A stretch of 60,378 nt of DNA, taken from contig CAZGOG010000007.1 of assembly GCA_964527555.1 (NCBI GenBank), forward strand, positions 1 to 60,378. Direction: 5' to 3'. The notes beneath the pieces were generated by a model. It ran no database searches and had not been told where the DNA came from. It worked only from the letters and a program-made list of their open reading frames with translations. A program made the translations under genes and the position numbers. Every line of letters begins with the position of its first letter. The first letter of the stretch is position 1. Origin of the DNA: an uncultured Planctomycetia bacterium. Lineage in GTDB: Bacteria; Omnitrophota; Gorgyraeia; Tantalellales; Tantalellaceae. Positions 9,501 through 21,500 of the stretch are shown in pieces.

Positions 9501-12500
9501 GGGCGGGCAGGTACGTTCAAATATGTGAAACGACCGCTTTATGATAACGGACATGAGCTGGGCGTAGCTATAATTAGGTATTCAGAAAAAGATCCTAAGG
9601 GAGAACTCATTCTTTATAACTCTTATGAAAAGATGCTTAAGGCGCGGGGAGTAGATATGCGTTATCTTCCGCCCGAGCCGCGGACAAAGGTAAATCCCGG
9701 GGTGCTGAAAGAACCTGTCCAGAGGATACTAAGCCTCTTAGAAAGCGAATACCCCACGGAAATGAAGGGAGATGAAGAAGAAAAAGGCATTAAAGGGCTG
9801 AACAAAGTTATAAAAGCCGAGAGGTGGTGCCAGATCTGGGCGGATATATGCAGCGTCCACAGGATGAACGAAGAGCGGGCCAAAGAGCACTTAGAAGGTA
9901 TGTACGGATTTCTGAAGATGGTCATCAAAGAGACCAAAAAGCGCAATGAAAGGCGCCTGAGCGGCTTGAACAAGCGGCATCCCAGGGAAAGAAAAGTAAA
10001 GATGGAGTTCCCGTCTTTGATGGCGGCTATTATGTACGATGTTTTGCCGTTCAGTGAGACGGGTGAAATGAATAACAGATTTCTGGGGCTTCCGGAGATG
10101 CTGATGCTCGCCGATTACCTGCAGTTGGAATTGGAAAAAGATATATGCAAAAATTATATGTACACTATTGCAGGTGTAGAGGAAGGTAAGGTCGAGATAA
10201 GCGAAGAACGAGTGTGGCAGGGCAGAATTGAAAAAACTAAATTCTTTGACATCATCGAAGACCTTACCGACAAAAGATATTACTGGCATATGAGAGTGGC
10301 CATGAAAACAATAAGCGGAGATATATATAAGGAAGGGTACCAGCATAATGGCGACTGGGAAGATTATATAGGACGCCTTGCCGTGTTGGAAGCGTCCAGG
10401 AAGAGTTTCTTCGGGTATAAGGATTCAGAGTTTTATAAAAGGTGGAGGGCAAAAGCGGGGGAGACTTTGGGTGACTATAATAGGAGGATACTCAGGGATA
10501 ACATTGACGAATTAGATATTGTCTACCGGTTTATGATAACTCAGGATCTTTCCCCCGATGAGATGGAGAAGTTAGCGCCGTTTTTGCATGGGCTTGAACC
10601 GGAGCTGGACAATATATTCGGGTCTTATGAAGACGAAAAAGCTCCGGAGCTCATCAGACCATGGCATGGGTCGTATCTCGCGGTGATACTGGACAACTTA
10701 AAGCGGCTTCCCTATAAACCGGACTACGGGCCAATAGTAGAAAGCGAGGTAAGGGAAGTCCGCGCGCTGCTTCATGTCGGCAGGCTCCTAAATGCGGCAA
10801 AAGGTCTGGAAGTGATCGAATTACTTAAGAAAAAGCTGGGTATCGACGAGATACGCAAGAATCTTAACAAAAAGATGGAATTTCTTTTATGGATGGTCAA
10901 GGAACTGCAGCTTTCACAGGATCAGATGCCTGATATATATACCGCCGCGCATTATGTGAAAATCCTCCAGACAATACCGTCACTTATTAAGGAAGGCCCG
11001 GATAAAGGCAAGTATATAAGCACAAAGTATGATGAAGAGGCCTATTATAAAAGAGGCGAGAAGATTGATAAGGAGATTATAAAATATTACGTCGTATATT
11101 ATCCTCCCGAAGGCAGTGAACCCGTCGGCAAGAAAAAGTACAAGACGTTTACGCCGATTGTGGATCAGGATGGCACGAGAGAAGTCCATGTGACGTACGG
11201 CGAAGATACTTATGCCAGAGAGATATGGCGGGTGAATGACGATGCCGCGGAAAGCTTTGACGTAAAAACCGCTGCGATAAACGGTAAGCTGGTAAATAAG
11301 GTCATATACAAAAACGGGCTTCGCATTATCGAGACCGTCGATGATGTGGACACTCCAAAAGGGGGTGTGACAGTCGATGCAAGGTGGTTATACGATGTTT
11401 TCTCAAAGGTATTCCCAAGGCTTGCTACCGAAAAAGTAAAGAAATTCTATGAAAACATAATCGTACCTTTTATAGAGCTGGTATATCCTTTAGCGGCGCT
11501 TTCACTGCTTGCCAAGGTGCAGGGAGTTCCCCTTATGAGCTTTGATTTAGGTTCTTCCATGGCAGTTGCCGCACTTATGGCGGCAGGCGCCGTTTTTGTG
11601 ACTAGTCATATCATAGGCTTATCTACTATCATCAATAAGCTTACCGGTAGAGCCCCGCCGAAGATCGAAAGAGCCTCTCTTATTATCTCCACTTTGATAT
11701 CTTTAGCGCGTGTTTTTATAATCCTTCCAGTTGCGGTAGTCGTGACGAACCTTTGTTTTGGCCGGCCGGATTTAACTATTTTTGTTTATTTGGCTTTAGA
11801 CTGGCTGTTTCATGCAAAGATAAGTTCTTCTGCACCCGGAATAATGAAATGGATAGAAAGACGAACCCGGAAGGACGTGATAAAAGGTGAAGGTAAGGGC
11901 CAGTTGCGAAGGGATTTCATAAAAGAGGTATTAAGCTTTTTGACCGGTGGCGCTTTGATTCCGGCAGGAGATAAAACTGTAGCCGGCGAGTCTCAAGCGG
12001 AAGGCGAGCTTAAAGTTGCGGAAAAACTGCCGGAACCGCCTGAAGAGGTTTTAGAAGGTCTTAAGATGCCTATGATCGATCCCAAAAAAACAGCAGCGTA
12101 CTATATACCGCCGGACAGTAAAACCGGTCGCGTTCTTTTCAGTTCGGATAAGCATAAAATATACGTGCATTTTTATGATGATCTTAAGGATCCTAATTTT
12201 GTGTATATATCGAGCACGGCTAAAAAAGATATGGTTGTAATTGACGGTGTTTACCACCATATTTGGTCCGTTTACAAAGTGAAGGAGAAAAGTACGGAAG
12301 TCGGAGGCATGGTTCATATAGATAAGATGAAGATAATCGGCAAAGCCATAAAGCTGAAATTCGACGGGCACCAGATTATAGACGAAGCTGATCAGCCGAA
12401 AGAAGGCGGAAAGGAGCCTGAAGAAATACCAGAAAAAGCGCCGGAAGTGTCAGGCGAGATTACATTTTCAAGTAAGGGCGAAACGGCTCTTTTAAAAGGA

Positions 12501-15500
12501 TTAGGCGCCGGAGAGACACTTGGAGAGCCTCAACTTCTTGCGGAAAACACAGTTTTACAGCAAGGATGCATTAAATATCCTATATACAGGGAGGGAGCAG
12601 AGGTCGGAGCGGCCATAGTTGATGTTAGCCCCGTGATGGGCGAGCTTCACGAAAGCGTTATCAGCAAAGTTTATTTCAACGAAACAGATAAGCTTATAGA
12701 TTTACGCAGGACTCCTCCCGAGCCCCGTACAAAGATTGATCCGGAAGCCCTGGAAGGTCCGGTAAAAGATATCCTCGCCCTTTTAGAAAGAGAATACCCC
12801 CAAGAGATGACCGGACAAAGGAAAGACGGGACAAGTGTAGAAGGAGCCAAAGCATTAAACGGCTTTGTAGGCATCCATAGGACGGAGAAGCGTCCCGGCT
12901 GGTGCGAGATCTGGGCGAATATATGCAGCGTTCACAGGATGAGGGAAGAAGTAGCTGTAGAACATTTAAAAGGAGTCCGCGTCTTTTTAGAGATGATCAT
13001 CGGGGAACTTAAAAAACGTAATACAAGAAGGGAAGAAGAAGGCAAGAAAAAGATGGAACTTCCGCCCGTGTTGGGTCAAGGCATGTATGGGCTCTTGCCG
13101 CTTGATGAAACAGGGGAGATCAATAACAGATTCCCGGGCCTGCCGGAGATCCTGATGCTTGCTGACTTTTTACAGGTACAGTTGATTAAACATAGATTTG
13201 AGAACACAGACATCCCTGACTCCTTACCCCATCGTATTGTGAGCCCTGAATCATTATTTGATTTGTGGATCAATAAAAAGTGCGAAGGTATTGACACAGG
13301 GATCTTTAGTATTGTTGAAGATCTCTCAGATGGGAAAGATATCATCAGAGCAAGAGCACAAATGAAGATTAAAGGCGCTTATATCTATGACAATATGTAT
13401 CAGCATTATGCGGGGGCTGATAAGATAGGACGGCTGGCTGTTTTTGACGCCGCCATGGAGTGTTTCCCTGGGTATAAAAGATGGAAAGCGCGACCAGGAG
13501 AGTCGCTCTATGATTATTATTACAGGATATGGATGAGAAACAAAGATGACTTGAATATCTTTTATAGATTTATAGTTAACCAGGATATGTCACCTGAGGA
13601 GTTAAAAAGACTTACACCGTTCCTGCGCGACCTGGATCCGCAGCTTGAAGAAATTTTTGGCAGTTACGAAGAGATGCCGCTGGAAGACCTGGGTAAAGAA
13701 TGGCACGGGGCGACTCTTGCTGATTTTTTAGAACAGCATAAAGGGGAAAGGAAGAAGCTTGACGAAAGTATGATGGTCAAAGTACAGGCGGAGGATATCA
13801 GCGGCTTACTCCATACGGATAGACTTCTCAACGCCGCAAGAGGGCTTGGAATAGCAGATGAGGTAAAAAAAGGAGTATCTCCCGGGAAAATACAAAAAGA
13901 ACTGGACAAGAAAATAGCATTTTTAAAAGAGATAGTAAGAGATTTCCAGAAAGCACAAGGGCAGACACCGAGTATATTCACAGCGTCCCATTATGTGAAA
14001 AACCTCCAGACTGTACCTGCGCTTATCCAGGAAGGGGAGTATAAAGACGATAAATACATAAGCATAAAATATAACGAAAGAGACTATTATGATAAAGACA
14101 TAAAAACGGTACAGTATTATGTCTTGTATAACGATGAACTGGGAAAAGAAAGCTTCAAGACATTTACGCCGATGGTGGACCAGGACGGCAGAAGAGAAAT
14201 CCATGTAACGTATGGCGGAGATAGTTATGCCAGAGAGATATGGCGGGTGGATAAGGATGCCGCGGAAAGCTTTGACGTAAAAACGGGCAGAATAAACGGT
14301 AGGCTGATAGAAAGGCTCGAGAATATAAATGGAGTTCGTATTATTGAGCCCGTCAAGGATACGGAATATGTAAAAGAAGGCGTTACAGTTCATACAAGGT
14401 GGCAAAGGGTAGTTGCGACTATTCTTTTAGGGACATTTGGCGTGACTTTGCCCTACGAGGCCGGGGCAGCGGCGATGAACGCGGCAATATTGGCCGCAGA
14501 GGTGCAGACGCAAAGACAGCTGCAGCTTGAGATCGCCGAAGAACTTCCAAAACCCTCACCGGAGCTTCTAAAGGACTTTGAAGATGCTATAGCCAACCCG
14601 AAATCACCGGCCTCTTACTATATCCCGCCCGGCAGCGAGACAGGCCGCGTTCTCTTTAGTGCATTGGACAGGATATATGCGCATTTCTACGATGATCTTA
14701 AGGACCCGAAGTTTATTTATGAAACAAGCATGGCCGAAGATGACCTGCTCGAGATCAACGGTAAACTCCACCATGTATGGTCTGTATATGAAGTTGTGCG
14801 CAAAAGCACTGATTCCGAAGGTAAAGTCCAGATAGACGAAACCAAACTGATAGGCGAGGTTATCAATCTTAAGTTTGACAAGGACACGCATCAGGCTGCC
14901 AGCAAGGGAGATAGATTCGCAAATATAAACACCAGGGAAGTCACTTATAAAACGCCGGACGGCAAAGAGCACAGTGACTATTACAGGTACGTAAAGTACG
15001 TAGGGGATGCCCCCGAAGGATTGAAGGAGTATATTTTTAAACGCAAAAAACTCGATGACGGTAAATTTCATCTCGTGGCGGCGCTTGACCCGAAGAAAGC
15101 GGACGTCACCACCGATGGCGAACTAATCATAAAAGGCGACGAGAAAGACGCCATAGTCAAAGAGTATAAATATGACAAAGATTATACATGGCAGTATGAC
15201 TGCAATTTAAAAACGAAGAACATTTTCGCATCTCCTTACAACAGGGTCGCCACTAAAGCTACCAGCAATGCGATAGTCAAGTTAAAGAGTCTCAGCGGGT
15301 ATGAAGACGCTGATGGATTCGTCCTTCCCTATGACAGAGGCGCGTTTCTTAAAAATGTCCTTGAGGAATACGGGTATTATCCGGACGGCAGCCTCATGTG
15401 GAAGAAAGACCATGTTAATAAACAGTATACACTTTACACAGAATATACCATGTTAGGCAGACTTTGCCGGCTTTCCGGCACCATATATGATTATACCCCG

Positions 15501-18500
15501 GAGACGGACACGAAAGGCGAGGAGCTTAGGAGCTTTAGCGGGTATTCGGAATATGAAACCGAGACGTTTTTTGCTGTTATTAAGGGGAATCCAGGTGTTT
15601 ATTACAGGACGCTCAAGGGGGCAGAAAGAGCTGACGCGCTTTTAGAGGCCAGCCCAAACCCTCAAGCGGGGCGCATGGATATTACAGGGATATTGAAAGA
15701 GTTCGAATATAATGCTGACGGCAGCCTTGCAAAAGTCTGGGATTATAAGTTAGGCGAAGTCGCGGTTTATAAATGGCATAGAAAATTCGGCACCGAGAAA
15801 AAGCTTACCGATATAGGCGGAGATATATACAAGTTTGACGGCAGGAAAAAAGAGACGAGCGGCGAGCCACTGAGGAGTTTTAACGGCATTACGGACAAAA
15901 CCGGAGCCTTTTTTGAAAGAACGGATGAGCCTGACGTTTATTATTGGACGGAACAAGGCAAGCTGAGAGCTAAAGCTCTTGTAAAAGCAAAACCTGACGA
16001 AGCGCATGACTTGATGCTGGTGGAGAAGGTTATAAAGCATTTCAAGGATAGCCAGATAGAAATAGACGGGAAAAACAGGATATTCGAACTTTCAATCCCG
16101 GGCTCTTTAACTAAAGGTGAACGGTTTATCTGTTACGGCGTCGAAGTAGAGGATCCCAAAAGCGGAAAAAAACTCGAAGATTTTGGTGTAAAAGTCGAGG
16201 CTGTCTGGCAGGGCAAGGATGCCCCCATAAGCGGGATTAAAGTGCTTGAATATTATAAACAGAACATGATTCCCGGAAAAGAGAAATACGCGGGTAATTT
16301 CGGTGTGGACGTCTATGTTTTAGAAGACGGCAAGGTTGCAGAAAAGCCGTTCAAGACTTTCAGGAAACTGGGCCCCAATAGCGCTGAAAGGGACCATATT
16401 TCCAAAGTAGTAAATGATTACGCCGATAAATATCCGGAAAATAATCTGGGCCGCGCCAGTGACGAGGAACTTTTGAATGCATTATTCAACGTAGAAGGAT
16501 ACGAGGAAGGCGACGATGCGTTTCTTAGGGATGTTATAGATAGAGCGCTTGAGATGAGAGGCGTATTAGACGGGATATTCAAGCAGAATAATATTAAAGT
16601 CTTAGAACAAGATAAAACCCTCCAAAATGAGATACTTTCGCACATCTTATACTGGACGGCTGCCGAGGATATAGATTTTGATGAGCTCCTTGAAAAACTG
16701 CCGGAGGCAAGCACCATAAAAGGCCTGATGGAGTACATCCACAGGAAACACAAAGACTTTGACAATCTTCTTAAAGAAGAGAGATACGTAATTGTACTGG
16801 ATACTCTCACCGGCTGTGCCAAGACTATGGTTGAGACGGGAAGATCCAAAAAAGACATGGAAGTCGTACTTAGGGTATGGATACGCTATGAGGACGAATC
16901 TGGAACAGGTGCAATGAATGCCGGTGACGTCTACAAAGAAATAGAGTCGGGTACTTCCGCTATACGCAACAGGGAATATGTATGGGATATTGTTAAAATA
17001 GGTCTTGCAGTTACGGGGATACTCTTCCTGGCGGCAGTATTTTTACGCATTTTAAGATCCCTTAATTCTACTAAAAGAATAAGAGCGTTAGGACCACCGG
17101 CAGCCGGCGCTGGAGATGCGGCTGCCCTTGCGGAAGGAGCAGCAGATGCTGGAGAAGATGCTGCAGGTTCCCCTGAGGAAGCAGGACACGGTTTTGCGCC
17201 AAAGACGGTCAGGGTGCCTATGATTATCGCGGGTGCCGCTCTAGTTTTATCGTGGTTTATGTATACCAACGACTGGTCAATGTGGCTGGTCATACCGCTT
17301 GCGATTATTTCACTATATGTACTGGCCAGATCCTACGCACTTCTTCATAACGGAATCAGGGCCAACATGATGGTCTACGGGATGAGTCCCTGGGAGGCGT
17401 TCAACACAGAGCTTTCATTTTCCGTGAAAAGAGGCGGCAGGTATGATACAGATGCTTTCGAAGTGCTTCCTGCCACTACTAGATTTTTCCCGCCGATGTT
17501 TACCCGCGGTATACTTCAAATACTGGACTACATGCTGGAGGTGTTTGATGTCCTTAAAGATTTTAAAGTATCCCAGCTTAGAGATTATGTGATAGACGAG
17601 TATCGCATCCCTATTTCTAAGAAGGGCAGGGTCGCCAAGACGGGGGATTTTGTGGTGGAAAAAGTACTTGATGTTAAGGAAGATGACACGCCGTCAACAT
17701 TTATTTTGGGTAAAACCACACCCGGCGCGGCGATGCAGGAAATCATAAAACGCCATGAAAGCATAAGAAATCACATTTTGGCTTTACCGGCTTTATATCT
17801 ACCGGCTATTTTCGGATACCATCGAATCCTCGTCTTTCTTGGTCTTGGATCCAAAAGAAGCGGCAAAAAACTTTTTAATAGACCCATAAATCCTCCGAAT
17901 AAATGGGCGGTTAAGCTCAAGGTGAAAACAAGGGATGATATAGAGAAAGAAATCAAAGCGAGGCGCAAAACCAGAGATGATAAAGCTCAAGATTTTGTAG
18001 GGGACATAAGCTTTGACACTGAAAAAGCCTTTAAAAAAGCGCATTACGCGCTTAACCCGAGATTTAAGTGGCCGGGATTTAAAGGTCTTGTGAACGTTGA
18101 CTATAGATGGAATCTGTGGGGGGCAGGATTTCTCCTGACGGGAGCTTTTATTGTTTACCATAATGCCATGAAGGTATGGACTTCCGGTGACTGGGGGGGA
18201 TTTGGCATCTCAGCCTGGGTAGTAGCTGCAGTATTTATGCTGCTAAGCGGCATAATCAACAGAAAGCTTATCTGGGATAAAGCAGGTTTTATCGTTCCTT
18301 TCGTCTCCGGGTTAACCGTGCTTATGGTCAACCTCCTGGCGACAAGTGTCATAGGCGGATGGACCGGATTTGGCCTGCCCATGTGGGGTTTCGGTGCTTT
18401 TTTAGTTATTTCCAGTCTCATAGTCGGTTTTAAGATCAAGCGGGGGGTCTGGTATCCTACCGAAGAGAAACAGACAGAAGCTTTAAAAATCTTAGCAAGA

Positions 18501-21500
18501 CAGCTAGGTGATATCATAGAAAAAGTTAAGGAGAAAATCACATACGGCGATGATGTATTAAAAGCTGAACAGTGGAAAGAAGTCTTTAACTTTCCGGTAA
18601 GAGCTCCCTTTGGTGACCCGGAAGACGCTGTGAATATACAGATGGTGGAGATAGACTTTCTTGGGTATTTAGAATACTGCAGGGACTGGACAACATTTTT
18701 TACCACGAGTCCCAATAAAAACAAATATTACTTTTTCTCAAAGTACCATACCCCGCCTTACGATCCACAGTATTTCTTGCCCACTTTCTGGGTTAAAGGC
18801 CCCGCTTTCACGCAACTTAGGACAAACATGCGCAGAGACGGGTCACCGACAGAGTTTATTTCATATGGTCCGGCTGGGGACCTAACGGTTCAAGAGGGAA
18901 GAGGCCTTCCGTCGATTGATACAAGTATACCGGCACTGACAGCGGCAGTCGAAGGAGAAGAGGGGAACGAAGAAAATCTGGGGATGATCGCTCTTATGCC
19001 GGGAACGGAAGAGGAGACCACTGTACAGTTCGGACCTCAGTATAACCTGGCTTACGAACCCATTACGCATGAGACGCCACATAATGGACAGATAGCTTAC
19101 AGGAACAGTTATCAGACCGCCCCCTGGGACAATATCCTTAAGATGCTTGACCAGGCCAAGGCACGCCTTAAAGATATCAAAGAAGCCGGCGAGAGGCGAT
19201 ATGGAGAAGACTTTGACCCGGATAACATGGCGCAATACCGGCAGGCAAGTCAGGATGACAAGAAAAAGATCCTTTATGCTGAGACCAGATCTGTTGACAG
19301 TTTCAAGGGTTTTGGCGGTCCGGGCCCGGAAAGCTCCAGCTATATCAAGTTCATGAAAAGGCATAAACTGACTATTATCTTTATGAGTGCACTCTTCGTT
19401 CTAGGGACGTATGGCGTATATATAGGCAAAAGTGTGCTGATGTCCTGGAACTGGATACCTGATATGACAGGTATGTCTATTGGTATGCATACAGGCTCAG
19501 TCTTTCTTGCGATGGTGACGATATATATGGTCATGATATCTATTGAGAAGCTGATTCTCTTTTTCTCGAAATTCTTCGGGAATCCCGAGGCGATCACGGA
19601 CGAAGATATACTCAGCGTTCCGCCCAGGATCCTGGTGGAACTCATAAGCGAGATAGAAGTAAAGATGAGAAATGAAGGTAGACCCATACCTTCTTATCTT
19701 GCGAATATTAATCAGCTCAGGGTGAATGTAAATAATGCCGGTCCAGTAGGTGATCAAGCACGGGAACAAGTTCGCAATATAATCATGCAGGCATCCCTGG
19801 AGACCGGTAATTGGGCACAGAGATTTCACCAAAATGTTTCCAATTTTAAATGGGGATACAGAAACTTAAGTTTTTCCAGGAAGGCAGCGTTTTTCGTTCC
19901 GTATCTCCTGGCGCTTTTCATCCTTCAGATCGTACACAGAGTATTCGGATTGTATTATTTCATTGCCCGAAAAGGGAGGATCTTAGCCGAGGAGAAACCC
20001 ACCCTATGGTTTTTGAACCGCCTGAGACTGGAAACGCCTCTATTAAAGGTCATAAGTCTTATAAACAGGCCCAGGCATACGGTTATCGGCATACTGGAAG
20101 AGAGAAGATATCTCACTCCGCAGCAGGCTGCGGATCTTAGAGCTGTAAGAGGCAGGTTCACCAACGAAGACGTCTTGGAACATCTTAATATAAACGCGAT
20201 AAATCATATTCTAAAAGACAATTACATAAGCAGGAGGTATGGCTCGCTTCTAAGGACCGGGATCGTGATGGATACGACGTTTGGAGGTACTACTGGGGAT
20301 AATTTGTGGAGGATGGCAAAAAGTGCCGTTGACAGCTACCCCGGGGGAGTGGACGTTTACCTTATATTTGACGATAATGACGCAGTCGGTCTTAAACAGT
20401 TTGAAGATACAGTACAAAAGATCAGAAACGACCCGACTATGGGGGATCGCGTAGCCGACCGTATTTACCGGCTGACATTTCCGGCACCTTTAGCCAACCT
20501 GGAGCTTACGCAGAGATCTCAGCGCATGAAACCTCCCATGAATGTCGAAGCGGTCATGGCGATACAGCATGATTTTGTTTTAAGGCACAGAGAACCGCCG
20601 GAATTTATGGAACTAGTGGACCAGGAAGACGTTTTGGGAGAGCTTAACCTTGTGACTAAGGCATGTATACGTGACATAAGAGAAAGACATGTCCAGGAGC
20701 AGCTCTATCTCGGTTGTACTACACAGGAGGGCTTGAGGTGGGGGATTGACTACGATAAGGCAGTGTATGGAACAGCTATTAGCCGTTTCTTTGGCCGGAT
20801 TTTTGGTAACACTCCGCTTAGCGGTCTTTTCCCGACAGGGCTTGCCGGGGAATACCACGATATGATAGAGGCTCTTACGAGGGAAGCTAATTATCCGAAT
20901 ACCCTGATAGACCTCATTCGCCTAAAGAACACCCCCGGCGCGACGGCTTTACCATGGGCGACGAGTAATAATGCTGATGAAAGGATCAGGTACATACTTT
21001 GGTGTTTCCTTAAGTCGGCCGGTACAAAAAAAGAGTTTATAGAAAAAGAATTCCGAAGACGCAACATGCCGTCAGTCATACAGTCGGAGCTGAGGCAAGT
21101 TCCGATAAAAGACCCTGAGTGGAGCAAATACTCCTATATGGATTACCTTATCTGGCATAGCACTATACAGACCGGGCAGACGCGTCTCGGATTTCTCTTT
21201 CTCGGCGGGACCGGTAACAATTTCGAGTGGGAAGACTTATCCGGGGTTATTCCCAGATTAGATGCCAACCATAACCTTACAGGGTTTGACTTTATTAACT
21301 GGAGACATTATTTTAATTTCCTCCTGAGGCCCCAGAGAGAAGAGATCCAAAGGGAGGAGACCATTCAGCATAATAGAAAGAAAGAAGAAGGTCTTAGTTT
21401 CAGGCCGGATCTCTTGGTCACAAGGCCTTCTGCTATATATCGAGAATGGGTCAATAAGTACATGCCTACGGGCACATGGGACCTTTTTAATATAATCGAG

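Noticed and set aside
17085-17195. Ala/Gly/Asp-rich stretch (PPAAGAGDAAALAEGAADAGEDAAG) as a repeat element
   Set aside because: A low-complexity linker between TM helices with no periodic unit.
20073-20140. MshEN c-di-GMP-binding motif next to the GT2 (TVIGILEERRYLTPQQAADL)
   Set aside because: The RLG and the conserved Gly are absent; only the helical spacing is similar.
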